From an uncultured Anaerolineaceae bacterium (lineage in GTDB: Bacteria > Chloroflexota > Dehalococcoidia > Tepidiformales > Tepidiformaceae), in assembly GCA_964436025.1 (NCBI GenBank), contig CAYTBM010000001.1, positions 8,619 to 56,759 of the forward strand: a stretch of DNA of 48,141 bases, in the 5' to 3' direction. Below are positions 36,367 to 45,829 of the stretch, one piece after another. The notes below the pieces were generated by a model that did not search any database, was not told the DNA's origin, and was given only the letters and a program-made list of their open reading frames with translations. A program made the position numbers and the translations under genes. Numbering within the stretch: the first letter of the stretch is position 1; each line of letters opens with the position of its first letter.

Positions 36367-36798
36367 TCAGCGACGGCAATCGCGGCAGAGGCCGTAGAGT
36401 TCAAGGCTGTGGCCTTGCAGCGCGAATCCCTGGGCGCGCGCCTGTTCGGAAATGCGCGCGTCAAGCTCAGGGTCGCTGAACTCGGTCAGCGAACCGCAGT
36501 TGCGGCAGACCAGGTGGTGGTGATGCTCGCTCTCCGAGACCAGGTAGCGGGCCGTCCCATCTTCAAGCGGTACGCGGCACATCATGTCGAGTTCTTGCAG
36601 CAGTTTTATGGTCCGAAAGACCGTCGCTCGCCCGACCGCAGGGACCTCCGCCAGGAGGTCTTCGATCGTGAATGGCCCGTTGGCCGATTCGATCGCCTGG
36701 AGCACGGCGCGGCGCGGGGCCGTGGAGCGGAAGCCAATCGTCTCCAAGCGTGCAGCAGCGGTATCGGCAAACGTCACGGCGCAATCGTAACAAAGCAC
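36367..36798 (-). CDS. Fur family transcriptional regulator
   Basis: STAPRRAVLQAI winged helix, HHHHLVCRNCG...(x)...CRDC: the two CxxC pairs and His cluster typical of Fur/Zur/PerR. GTG start, uncertain. Confidence 0.85.
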   Translation of the reverse strand: MLCYDCAVTFADTAAARLETIGFRSTAPRRAVLQAIESANGPFTIEDLLAEVPAVGRATVFRTIKLLQELDMMCRVPLEDGTARYLVSESEHHHHLVCRNCGSLTEFSDPELDARISEQARAQGFALQGHSLELYGLCRDCRR

Positions 36799-36864
36799 CG
36801 AATGGCAACCTACGCGCTCATTCCCGCTTTCCGATGATCAGGGTGTTACCAGCGGAGGCTCGAC

Positions 36865-37335
36865 ATGTCTGAAATTGCGCTGCTGCGTGTCCCCCGGCAG
36901 CTCGTGGTCTTTCGGGTTGGGGAAACCTATTACGGCATGGACATAGAGGCGGTTGAGGAGATCCTGACGCTCCTCCCCATCACGGCCACTCCGGGCGCTC
37001 CGGCGGGGGTGCTTGGGCTCGCTGATGTCCGCAAGCGGGTAGTGCCTGTCTATGACCTGCACGCGCGGTTCGGTCTTCCGAGACCGGCCGAAAGTGGCGA
37101 AACGCGGCTGATCCTGGTCAATGTCGACGGTGCTTCGGTTGCCATGCTCGTAGACGAAGTCGACGAGGTGCTGAATGTGACGCGGGATGACTTCCAGTCG
37201 GTGACGACGCCGGGAAGCACTGCCGACGTAGGCTATCTGAGCGGGGTGGTCCGTACGGAGGCGAAGCTGATGTTGTGGGTGGACCACGCGCGCCTGGTGC
37301 CCCACGCAGTGCGGTCGGTTGCCGTCGCCGCCTGA
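36865..37335 (+). CDS. cheW: CheW-like domain protein
   Basis: QLVVFRVGETYYGMDIEAVEEIL...PGAPAGVLGLADVRKRVVPVYDLHARFGL...VAMLVDEVDEVL is a classic CheW fold sequence. GGAGG SD. Confidence 0.85.
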   Translation: MSEIALLRVPRQLVVFRVGETYYGMDIEAVEEILTLLPITATPGAPAGVLGLADVRKRVVPVYDLHARFGLPRPAESGETRLILVNVDGASVAMLVDEVDEVLNVTRDDFQSVTTPGSTADVGYLSGVVRTEAKLMLWVDHARLVPHAVRSVAVAA

Positions 37336-37336
37336 G

Positions 37337-38275
37337 TCAGGCCATCCAGAGGCCGCCGGCGAAGCGCGCTTCGCCGGCCTCGTCGAGAACATCCAGGTGG
37401 CCCTGCACGGTCGATACGATCTGCCAGAACCGGCGGCGAAGGGCCCTCGGGTACATCCTCTCGGCGAGCGCGTAGAGAGATGAGGGCCCAGTTTCACGCA
37501 GGTCGTGTCTCAGCCGCTCCGTGCGGGTACGAGCCTGGTCGAGGTTCGCTGAAATGACATCGTGGACGTTGGCGAACGGCTCGCCATGGCCGGGATAGCA
37601 GGTTTGCCAGCGGGGTTCCGCTGCCAGGTGCTGCAGGGACTCCAGGAATCGAGGCAGGCTCGGGAAACGCTCCCCTTCGTGAAACTGCACGGCGGGCGTT
37701 GGCGTGATTTCTGGGAGCAGGGTGTCACCTGAGAAAAGCAGGCCCTCCATGTGGTGGAGTACCACGAGGTTGCCGGGCGTGTGCCCTGGCGCGGGGGCCA
37801 CGACGAGCCCGCAGGCAAGCTCGACAGAACCGCTGACCGGCTGGAGGGGCTGGAAGGCGGGATACAGCAGGGCGGTGGGCCATCGGCCGTCTCCGGGCTC
37901 GCGCCAGGCCGAGGCTGTCCGCATCTGATGCGACCAGAGCCGGCGTTGCTCAAGCCCCGCCTGGACTTCGGCAACAACCAGTGCCGGAGCGCCGCAAGTG
38001 GCGACGAATTCCTCCAGGTCGTCGATGTCGCGGTCGGTATGGCCGAGGGTCTGGGCGATGTCGGCTTCGCCTGCGAGCACCGGTACACCTCGTCCCTGCC
38101 ACCACGCCCCGAGGCCGGAGTGATCGAGGTGGCCGTGCGTGGCAACGACGAGGGCCGGGGTACGTCCGGCGAGCGCGGCCAGGAGTGTTTCGCGTGCGCC
38201 GCGGTAGTCGGGCCCGGTATCGATGACTACGAGGTCGTCTGCGTCGGAGACGAAATAGACGTTGTTGTAGGCCAT
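37337..38275 (-). CDS. MBL-fold metallo-hydrolase
   Basis: VVATHGHLDHSG (HxHxDH), later PGHTPG. Start at MAYNNVYFV (38275). Confidence 0.85.
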   Translation of the reverse strand: MAYNNVYFVSDADDLVVIDTGPDYRGARETLLAALAGRTPALVVATHGHLDHSGLGAWWQGRGVPVLAGEADIAQTLGHTDRDIDDLEEFVATCGAPALVVAEVQAGLEQRRLWSHQMRTASAWREPGDGRWPTALLYPAFQPLQPVSGSVELACGLVVAPAPGHTPGNLVVLHHMEGLLFSGDTLLPEITPTPAVQFHEGERFPSLPRFLESLQHLAAEPRWQTCYPGHGEPFANVHDVISANLDQARTRTERLRHDLRETGPSSLYALAERMYPRALRRRFWQIVSTVQGHLDVLDEAGEARFAGGLWMA

Positions 38276-38373
38276 GGCAATGCGTTCGACAGAGACCACG
38301 GGGGCGAGTGTACGGAGGCCGCGCGGTTCACCCCAGTTCGCGTTCGCAGCCTGCCACCGCGTACCATCCGCCG

Positions 38374-39348
38374 GTGACCACCGCCGACCGCCTTTCAATC
38401 GAAGACGTTGCCCTTATCAAGACGACTGCTGACCGGCTCGAAGAGAGCATCGAGCGAGTGATCGTCGGGAAGCCGGAAATCGTGCGGCTCGCCCTCGTGG
38501 CATTGCTGTGCGAGGGTCACATCCTCCTGGAGGATGTCCCGGGGCTGGGAAAGACGACGCTGGCGAAGGCGATCGCGCGATCGCTGGGGTGCAGCTTCCG
38601 CCGCATCCAGTTCACGCCGGACTTGATGCCAGCGGACATCACGGGGATCAACTACTACAACCAGAAGCTCGGAGAGTTCGTCTTCCGTGAGGGGCCGCTG
38701 GTTGCCCAGGTAGTCCTTGCCGACGAGATCAACCGCGCCACGCCGCGGACGCAGTCGGCGCTGCTGGAAGCGATGGAAGAGCGCCAGCTGACCGTCGAGG
38801 GCGTGACGACGCAGCTGCCGCGGCCGTTCCTCGTGGTCGCCACACAGAACCCGGTCGAGTTGGAGGGGACGTTCCCGCTTCCCGAGGCGCAACTGGACCG
38901 CTTCCTCATCCGGTTGAAGCTCGGCTATCCGGGCGAGGACGAGGAGGACGAGATCCTTCGGCGCTTTGAGGGCGAATCGCCGCTCGAGTCGCTGCAACCG
39001 GTAATCACCGGCGAGGAGCTGACGCGGCTTGCGGCTGCGCTGCGGCACCTTCACGTCGACCCGTCAGTCCGTCGGTACGCGGTGCAGATTGTGCAGGCGA
39101 CGCGGCAGGACACGGCATTCGAACTCGGCGCGAGCCCCCGCGGCAGCCTGGCGCTTTTTCGCACTGCACGGGCCCTGGCGGCCATCTCCGGCCGGGACTA
39201 TGTGCTGCCGGACGACGTCAAGACCATGGCTCCTTACGTGCTGCCGCACCGGCTCATCCTCTCGACACAGGCGCGGTTGCGCGGACGAAATGCCGACGAC
39301 CTGCTCGGCGAAGTCCTGAAGCGCGTGCCAGTCCCGATCGAGGGCTAG
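38374..39348 (+). CDS. MoxR-family AAA+ ATPase
   Basis: VIVGKPEIVRLALVALLCEGHILLEDVPGLGKTTLAKA (Walker A), VLADEINRATPRTQSALLEAMEE (Walker B/sensor), ATQNP. The start may instead be GTG 38308. Confidence 0.9.
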   Translation: MTTADRLSIEDVALIKTTADRLEESIERVIVGKPEIVRLALVALLCEGHILLEDVPGLGKTTLAKAIARSLGCSFRRIQFTPDLMPADITGINYYNQKLGEFVFREGPLVAQVVLADEINRATPRTQSALLEAMEERQLTVEGVTTQLPRPFLVVATQNPVELEGTFPLPEAQLDRFLIRLKLGYPGEDEEDEILRRFEGESPLESLQPVITGEELTRLAAALRHLHVDPSVRRYAVQIVQATRQDTAFELGASPRGSLALFRTARALAAISGRDYVLPDDVKTMAPYVLPHRLILSTQARLRGRNADDLLGEVLKRVPVPIEG

Positions 39349-40560
39349 ATGCCGTTCCGCGATTCCTGGGTCGTCGTGGGGCTGCTGCTCATTTTCGCGG
39401 GTTTCGGCGCCGAGCAGCCGATCATCGGGATCATCGGCACGCTCGTGCTCGTGCTTGGCTGGGTGGCGCGCTATTGGAGCAGGCACGTGTTCGATCGCGT
39501 GACCTTCACCCGCGAACCGTCCGAGTGGCGTGCGTTTATCGGCGAAGAGGTCGGGGTCGACTTCACGCTTGTCAACAAGAAACCGCTGCCGATGCCCTGG
39601 TACGAATGGCGATTCGCGCTGGGTGAACCGCTTCCGGTGGACGGCGAGGCGCTTGGCGCCGCGGCAGTGCCGGGGTTGAAGTGGCTGTACCGGCGAGGAT
39701 CGCTGGGGTGGTACCAGCAGCACAAGTGGCACTTCACGCTTCGGCCGACGGAACGAGGGTTCCATCAGTTCGGGCCGGCAAGCATCAAGTCGGCTGATCT
39801 CCTCGGTGCTTTTCCCCGCACGATCGAAGACGAAGGCAAGGACCACCTCGTGGTGTTCCCCGCAGTGCTACCACTGGAAGACCTTGGGCTACCGTCCGAC
39901 CGGCCCTTCGGCGAACGGCGAGGAGGCGACCGCGTATTTGAGGACCCGTTGCGGATTGCCGGCATGAGGGAGTACCGGCCCGGCGACCCGCTGAAACGCA
40001 TCGACTGGAAAGCGACGGCGCGCTCGGGCGATTTGCGTTCACGCGTTTATGAGCCGTCGGCGACCCAGCAGCTCTACCTGATGGTGAATATCGACACGAT
40101 GGAACACTCCTGGGAGGGATACCTGAAGGAAGAGCTCGAGCGGATTGTCACGGTGACCGCTTCGCTCGCGGCCTGGGCCGCCGGTGCGCGCTACTCCGTT
40201 GGCCTGCTGGCGAATGGCGCCTTTCCTGACGCCGACCGGCCAATCCGGCTTGCCCCGTCGCGCTCCCGTGATCAGCTGACGCGCATTCTCGAGTCGCTCG
40301 CCGTTATCCAACCGCTGACACTCGGGGACCTCGCGGGCGCAATCCACAAGGAGAGCGGCCGAATGCCGGCGGGTTCGACGCTGGTGGTCGTCGCCTCGCT
40401 GATGCCCGACGCGTTGGCGGGGGTGCTGGCCCGGCTGCGGGACGAGGGCCACCACGTGTTCGTGATCGCAACGAGTCCGCGCGTGCGCGACGTGGTGCCG
40501 CCGGGCATCGGCATGCGGGAAGTGCGCGGCGCATTCTCCGGCGAGGCGGTGTTCGCGTGA
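39349..40560 (+). CDS. DUF58 domain protein (vWA-like, MoxR partner)
   Basis: Two N-terminal TM segments. MREYRPGDPLKRIDWKATARSGDLRSRVYE is the DUF58 signature. Starts 1 nt after the MoxR stop. Confidence 0.85.
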   Translation: MPFRDSWVVVGLLLIFAGFGAEQPIIGIIGTLVLVLGWVARYWSRHVFDRVTFTREPSEWRAFIGEEVGVDFTLVNKKPLPMPWYEWRFALGEPLPVDGEALGAAAVPGLKWLYRRGSLGWYQQHKWHFTLRPTERGFHQFGPASIKSADLLGAFPRTIEDEGKDHLVVFPAVLPLEDLGLPSDRPFGERRGGDRVFEDPLRIAGMREYRPGDPLKRIDWKATARSGDLRSRVYEPSATQQLYLMVNIDTMEHSWEGYLKEELERIVTVTASLAAWAAGARYSVGLLANGAFPDADRPIRLAPSRSRDQLTRILESLAVIQPLTLGDLAGAIHKESGRMPAGSTLVVVASLMPDALAGVLARLRDEGHHVFVIATSPRVRDVVPPGIGMREVRGAFSGEAVFA

Positions 40561-41888
40561 TTTCCCGGGTTGCGGCGACTTCGCTGCTCCTCGCTGAAGC
40601 AATGGTGGTAGCTGCTTTCGCGGAGTTCCTGGCAGCCACCTACAGCGGGCCGATGCCGCACGCTGTCGCGGCGTGGGCCTTTGGCCTGGCGGCACTTGCG
40701 GGGTTCGGCGTGCCGCGGTTTGTGGAGGGATTCGAGCTCTCTGCGGGGAAGGCCTACGCCATCACCGGGGCGGTCGGCTTGCTGCTGATCTACACGCTGA
40801 CGCGCATCACAGTCGTCGGTGACATCGCTGTCTGGGACCTGAGCTGGATTGGCGACTTCCTCCGGGATTCGCAGGAGGCGGCGGAGCGCGGCGGCCACGC
40901 GATCGTTGGTGCGGTCTTGCTACTCGTCGTGTGGGCCCGAGCCAACATGCGCGCCGCGGACGAAATCGAGATGGAGACGATGCCCCGATTGGTGACGGCG
41001 CCGTTCGCAATCGCCACGATCGTGGTCATCCTTGGGGCGATGGGCGATCGCTCCGGAGAGGTAGGGCGGGCCGGTGCCGCGTTCTACGTGTTCGCGGTCC
41101 TGGCGCTGGTTTGTTCGCAACTGTCGATGAGCGGGGCGACGTATGGCGAGATGCGGGCAGGCAGCACCGCCGGCATCCTGTTGGCCGGCACGGCCGCGGC
41201 GGCGCTCGTCGTGTTGCTGCTCATCGGGTTGTTCGTGGCGGTGCTCGGTCCGGTGCTCGGACCAGTGATCAGTGCGAGCGTCAAGTGGACGCTCACGATC
41301 ATCCTTACGCCGTTCGCCTGGGTGCTCACGTGGTTTTTCGACCTGATATTCAGGGGCGCAAGCCCGCTTCCCGACATCCAGGAGCAGGTTGCGACGCGAA
41401 GCCAGGAGGCGAGCCACCCTGACGGTGAGAAGTCGACGGCGACGCGGGTGAGCGCGTTCTTCATGCGCATGGTGGCGCTCACGTTGATGATCGGCGGCGC
41501 AGCCCTCGTCGCGACGGTTTTCGCGAGGATGCGCCGCCGCCAGCGCCAACGGGAGGACGAGGGCCGGGAGGTGTCGGCCATCGGCGACCTTCGAAACGAC
41601 CTTGGCTCGATGTTCCGTTCGCTCTTCAGGCGCCAACCGGCGCGGTCGCCGGGCGAAGCGAGGACGGAGGCGACACGCCTCTACCTGGAAGTCCTGGCGA
41701 AAGCAGAATCACGCGGCCACCCGCGCGACAGCGGTGCGACTGCGCGGGAGTTCGCGCCGGTGTTGCAAGATACGTTCGCGGACCCCGTGACGGATGACAT
41801 AACACGCGCGTTCGAGGCCGCGCGCTACGCCGGCCGGGAACCCGACGCGCGGGTGTTGGCCGAACTTCGCCAGCGCTGGGAGCGATAG
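40557..41888 (+). CDS. Polytopic membrane protein with C-terminal DUF4129-like domain
   Basis: Multiple TM segments. C-terminal ...ATRLYLEVLAKAESRGHPRDSGATAREFAPVL...AFEAARYAGREP matches the DUF4129 pattern. GTGA overlap with DUF58. Confidence 0.7.
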   Translation: MISRVAATSLLLAEAMVVAAFAEFLAATYSGPMPHAVAAWAFGLAALAGFGVPRFVEGFELSAGKAYAITGAVGLLLIYTLTRITVVGDIAVWDLSWIGDFLRDSQEAAERGGHAIVGAVLLLVVWARANMRAADEIEMETMPRLVTAPFAIATIVVILGAMGDRSGEVGRAGAAFYVFAVLALVCSQLSMSGATYGEMRAGSTAGILLAGTAAAALVVLLLIGLFVAVLGPVLGPVISASVKWTLTIILTPFAWVLTWFFDLIFRGASPLPDIQEQVATRSQEASHPDGEKSTATRVSAFFMRMVALTLMIGGAALVATVFARMRRRQRQREDEGREVSAIGDLRNDLGSMFRSLFRRQPARSPGEARTEATRLYLEVLAKAESRGHPRDSGATAREFAPVLQDTFADPVTDDITRAFEAARYAGREPDARVLAELRQRWER

Positions 41889-42617
41889 CTACGAGACTCG
41901 ATACGCGTGATCTTCCAGTTCGGCCCGGCCGTCGCCGAACGACGTAACCCGAGGGACAGAGAACGACGAGTCAGGGCTTGCGGCGAAGTCCACGTCCGGT
42001 GCGAGCCCGAGCGATCGGAGGATGGACGCGTGGCTGCCGGACCCGATCAGCGCCTCCGGGTCGACGACACGGGAGCCGGCTACCGCGCCATCGCCCATCT
42101 GGAGGTCACCAACAGTGTCCGCCAAAGCCTGGACGAGCGCTGCGCCAACGGCGAAGTCTTCCAGCGAGAAACGCGTAGCGCCGCCGTTCCCGGAGCAGAC
42201 GATCAACGCCGACTCATCCATCGCCGCGAAGTCCGCAACCGCCGACAGGTTCGCCAGCGACGCCGCGACCGTCACTCCCCGCGGGGCGACGGCGCAGAGC
42301 GCCACCGTGCCATTGGATGTGACCAGGACTGCATTCCGCCCTACCAGGTCCAGTCCTGCCGTCTCGACCGGAGAGTTTCCGAAGTCGAACCCGTCAGGGC
42401 GTAGTCCGCCACTCTCCCCGAACAAGAGCACGTCCCCATCGCGCATGGCGATGGCCTGGTCGATCGAAGAGACGACGGTCAGCCGTGCGAGTCCCCGTGC
42501 GAACAGCGTCGCGATGGTGGTAGTCGCCCGGAGTGTGTCGATGACGAGGTAGCAGTCCGCCGGAGGCAGGAGGAGCGCGTCCGCGGGGGTCATTGCGATG
42601 TCGATGTGCCGGAGCAT
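41889..42617 (-). CDS. 2-phosphosulfolactate phosphatase (ComB) family protein
   Basis: YLVIDTLRATTTIATL..., GESGG, FDFGNSP motifs. Start at 42617 or 42593; the longer track ORF is rejected. Confidence 0.8.
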   Translation of the reverse strand: MLRHIDIAMTPADALLLPPADCYLVIDTLRATTTIATLFARGLARLTVVSSIDQAIAMRDGDVLLFGESGGLRPDGFDFGNSPVETAGLDLVGRNAVLVTSNGTVALCAVAPRGVTVAASLANLSAVADFAAMDESALIVCSGNGGATRFSLEDFAVGAALVQALADTVGDLQMGDGAVAGSRVVDPEALIGSGSHASILRSLGLAPDVDFAASPDSSFSVPRVTSFGDGRAELEDHAYRVS

Positions 42618-42678
42618 GCGGCAGGTAGCATCGAAGGACTGGGCGTTTCGCGCACTTCCCATGCTATGGTGGAACCTG

Positions 42679-43464
42679 ATGGACAACCGCCCGGTGGGGA
42701 TGTTCGACTCAGGCGTGGGCGGCCTGAGTGTCCTCAAGGCATTCCGGGAGCTGGCGCCGAACGAGCGCGTCATCTACTTCGCAGACACCGCCTGGTTCCC
42801 CTATGGCCCGCGACCCGCGGCGGAAGTGCGCAAGCGATCGTTCGCCATTACGCATCGACTCCTGGAAAGCGACGTGAAGCTCATCGTCGTCGCCTGTAAC
42901 ACTGCGTCAGCGGCGGCGATCGCGGATCTGCGCGACGCATTCCCGGTGCCGTTCGTGGGGATGGTGCCGGGGGTCAAGCCTGCCGCGTTGCGTTCGCAGT
43001 CCGGGCGCGTTGTCATTCTTGCGACGGAAGGCACGCTCGATGGCGAGCTGTACGCACGAGTCGTCGATGAGTTCGCCCGCGGGACGAGCGTTGAAGCTGT
43101 GGCGGGCACCGGTCTAGCCGAACTCGTCGAGGAAGGCCGCGCCGGCGGCGAACAATCCCGCGCGGCCATCCGGGAGATCCTCGGGCGACAGGTGGCCCGC
43201 GGCGCGGATACCGTGGTGCTTGGCTGCACGCACTATCACTTTCTCGCCGGCGATATACGCGCAGAATTTCCAAAGGTCACGATCATCGATACGTCGGAGG
43301 CGGTAGCCCGGAGGGCAGTGCAGGTGCTCGACGAAGGGGAGCTGCGGGCAGATCCCGCGGAGCCGGGTGAGCTCGACCTTGTCGTGAGCGGCGACCGGCG
43401 CACGTTCACTGAGGCGATGGCGCGCCTCGGGTTCAAGGCAACAGCACAGGAGGCAGTGGCATGA
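42679..43464 (+). CDS. murI: Glutamate racemase
   Basis: VGMFDSGVGGLSVL, ACNTAS and GCTHY catalytic-Cys motifs. ATG at 42679. Confidence 0.95.
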   Translation: MDNRPVGMFDSGVGGLSVLKAFRELAPNERVIYFADTAWFPYGPRPAAEVRKRSFAITHRLLESDVKLIVVACNTASAAAIADLRDAFPVPFVGMVPGVKPAALRSQSGRVVILATEGTLDGELYARVVDEFARGTSVEAVAGTGLAELVEEGRAGGEQSRAAIREILGRQVARGADTVVLGCTHYHFLAGDIRAEFPKVTIIDTSEAVARRAVQVLDEGELRADPAEPGELDLVVSGDRRTFTEAMARLGFKATAQEAVA

Positions 43465-44255
43465 CGTTCTTCGCCGAACTGGAGTCCCGGAGCCGCGAGG
43501 TCGATTCCCTCGTCTGCGTGGGGCTTGACCCGGACTACCAGAAGACGCCCGTCGAGCGCGTGGTGGGCCTCAACAGGGCGATCATCGCTGCCACAGCCCC
43601 GTATGCCGCTTGTTTCAAGCCAAACATCGCTTTTTACGAGCAGCACGGCATCCCCGGGCTCCGCGCGCTCGAAGAGACGTTAGCGGCAATACCGGCCGGC
43701 ATCCCCGTGATCGGCGACGTAAAGCGCGGCGACATGGGCAACACGGCGGAGGCCTACGCGCGGGCGATGTTCGAGCAGTGGAAGTTCGGGGCGGTCACCG
43801 TGAACGGCTACCAGGGAAGCGATGCAGTCGCGCCCTTCCTCTCGTACCGCGACAACGCCGTATTCGTGCTTTGCCGGACGTCGAACCCAGGGTCGCGGGA
43901 GTTCCAGGAGCAGCGGCTGGAAAACGGCCGGATGCTGTATCAGCACGTTGCCGTGACGGCGACGAGCTGGGCGCCAAACGTGGGCCTTGTCGTGGGCGCG
44001 ACCGCCCCGGCGGAGCTGCGCGATGTGCGGCGTCTGGTGCCCGGCACCCCGCTGTTGGTGCCGGGTGTCGGGACGCAGGGTGGGCTGCCGGATGACGTGG
44101 TGAAGAACGCCGGCTACCAGCACGGCAAAATGGTGGTAAACGCGAGCCGTTCGATCATGTACGCATCAGAGGGTCCGGACTTCGCGGAGGCGGCGGGCAA
44201 CGCCGCGCGACAGCTTCGCGACGAGTTGCGCGCGGCGGCGGCTCTGCCGGCGTGA
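43461..44255 (+). CDS. pyrF: Orotidine 5'-phosphate decarboxylase (type 2)
   Basis: LVCVGLDPD, FKPNIAFYE, DVKRGDMGNT, LVPGVGTQGG. ATGA overlap with murI. Confidence 0.9.
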   Translation: MTFFAELESRSREVDSLVCVGLDPDYQKTPVERVVGLNRAIIAATAPYAACFKPNIAFYEQHGIPGLRALEETLAAIPAGIPVIGDVKRGDMGNTAEAYARAMFEQWKFGAVTVNGYQGSDAVAPFLSYRDNAVFVLCRTSNPGSREFQEQRLENGRMLYQHVAVTATSWAPNVGLVVGATAPAELRDVRRLVPGTPLLVPGVGTQGGLPDDVVKNAGYQHGKMVVNASRSIMYASEGPDFAEAAGNAARQLRDELRAAAALPA

Positions 44256-44446
44256 ACCCGCCCGAAATCTCCGATGGGGAGGTGTACCGTATGCGCCGGC
44301 AACACCCCTGCGGAGGTTGGGAGTGGCGGGTCTGGCGGACCGGCGCGGATATCGGCATCGAATGCACTACGTGCGGCCGGCGCGTCCAGTTGGAGCGCCG
44401 AAAGTTCGAATCGCGCATGAAGGCACGCGTCGCGCGTGACGGTTAG
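44252..44446 (+). CDS. DUF951 family protein
   Basis: RRQHPCGGWEWRVWRTGADIGIECTTCGRRVQLERRKFE matches the YyzM/DUF951 pattern (KHPCG...W...R.GaDi.i.C..CgR.v.l.R..Fe). GTGA overlap with pyrF. Confidence 0.8.
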   Translation: MNPPEISDGEVYRMRRQHPCGGWEWRVWRTGADIGIECTTCGRRVQLERRKFESRMKARVARDG

Positions 44447-45752
44447 CGCAGCCCGCCACGATATGCCCCTGCTCCAGCAGCGGCCGTTCCGGATGCTCAG
44501 CTACACCCGTTTTTTTTCGCGGGTGGCCCAGAACGCCATCAACTTCGGGTTGGTGCTGCTCATCAACGAGGAAACGGGCAAGGCGTTCCTCAGTTCATTG
44601 CTTGTCCTGGCCCTCGTCGTACCGTCCACGGTAGCCGGGATTGTGGCCGGCACTGCCGCGGATGTCCTGCCCAAGCGGCTGCTTGTGTTCCTGGGCGACC
44701 TCGTGCGTGCGGCGGTCTGCCTGTATTTTCTGCGCAACCACGGCGGCGTTGCGTCGTATTACGCGCTGGCGGTGCTCCTCGCGACGGCAACCCAGTTCGC
44801 CTCGAGCGCCGAAGGAGCAATCCTCCCCGCCATCGTCGAGCGGAGCGCGTACGTCCGTGCGAACGCGATTAGCCATGCAGTGGGCGGCGCGGCGCAGCTC
44901 ATCGGCCTCGGCCTGCTCGCGCCGGTGGTACTGCGCGTGGTCGACAGCCCACGGACGTTGTTCGGAATCTGTGCGGGGCTGTTTGCCGCGGCAGCGGTCC
45001 AGGCCATCTTCATCGGCAGGACAACCTCGCCCAAGCGCCAGGAGATTGGCGGCAGCGAGCCTTCCGGGCGCTGGTGGCTGGCGGGCTGGCGGGCGATGCA
45101 AGCCGACCGGCTCGTCATGCGGGCCGCGCTGGAGCTCACACTGATCTCGACGGCGCTGATCATCTTGAGCGGGCTCATTCCAAAGTACATCGAAGATGTC
45201 CTGGACCTGCCGGTCGACGTGGGGGCTGTGATCCTGACGCCGGCAGCCCTGGGCGTGGTGCTCGGGCTGCGGATTGCGAGCTTCCTTTCGCACCGGGTGC
45301 CCCACGCGGTCCTGAGCACGGTGGGCTTCCTGAGTTTCACGGTCCTCCTGGCGCTGCTGGCATTCGTAAACAAGGAGGCGGATTTCCTCGGCGGCTACGG
45401 GTTCTTCAGCTGGATCAACAACGTGAGGATTGGCAGGTTCGATGGTGGTGGCGTCATGGCCATGCTCATTGCGGCGCCGCTCGGGTTTTCGTACGCGCTG
45501 GTCAATGTCGCCGCGCAAACGGTGATCGACGACCGGGTCCCGCTTCACTTGCGGGGACGGGTGGGCGCCACGCAGGCAGCGATGGCCGCGCTGGCCTCGT
45601 CGTTGCCAGTGCTCGCGGCGGGAGCGCTTGGCGATCTGGTGGGCGTCCCACCCGTCATTGCCGTGGTTGCCCTGGGGATCGGGTTCGTGGCCCTGGCGAA
45701 CCTCCGGCAACCGCGCGAAAGCCGGCTTTCCGCGGGTGGTTTTCTCAGGTGA
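44436..45752 (+). CDS. MFS transporter
   Basis: About 12 predicted TM segments. FRMLSYTRFFSRVAQNAINFGL is an N-terminus typical of the enterobactin-exporter-like MFS_3 family. Alternative ATG start at 44463. Confidence 0.85.
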   Translation: MTVSAARHDMPLLQQRPFRMLSYTRFFSRVAQNAINFGLVLLINEETGKAFLSSLLVLALVVPSTVAGIVAGTAADVLPKRLLVFLGDLVRAAVCLYFLRNHGGVASYYALAVLLATATQFASSAEGAILPAIVERSAYVRANAISHAVGGAAQLIGLGLLAPVVLRVVDSPRTLFGICAGLFAAAAVQAIFIGRTTSPKRQEIGGSEPSGRWWLAGWRAMQADRLVMRAALELTLISTALIILSGLIPKYIEDVLDLPVDVGAVILTPAALGVVLGLRIASFLSHRVPHAVLSTVGFLSFTVLLALLAFVNKEADFLGGYGFFSWINNVRIGRFDGGGVMAMLIAAPLGFSYALVNVAAQTVIDDRVPLHLRGRVGATQAAMAALASSLPVLAAGALGDLVGVPPVIAVVALGIGFVALANLRQPRESRLSAGGFLR

Positions 45753-45829
45753 CTCCTTCATTGACTGCCTGATCGGGCCGAACCTATCATCGGGTCGAGG
45801 GTCCACGCGTCCCAGGGGAGGCAAGGGTT

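Noticed and set aside
40557-41888. The DUF4129 membrane protein as the missing transglutaminase-like protease of the RiPP-like operon.
   Set aside because: It is translationally coupled to MoxR and DUF58 as a well-known independent triad. It is separated from the operon by a tRNA and four unrelated genes on mixed strands, and no Cys-His-Asp transglutaminase core is visible.
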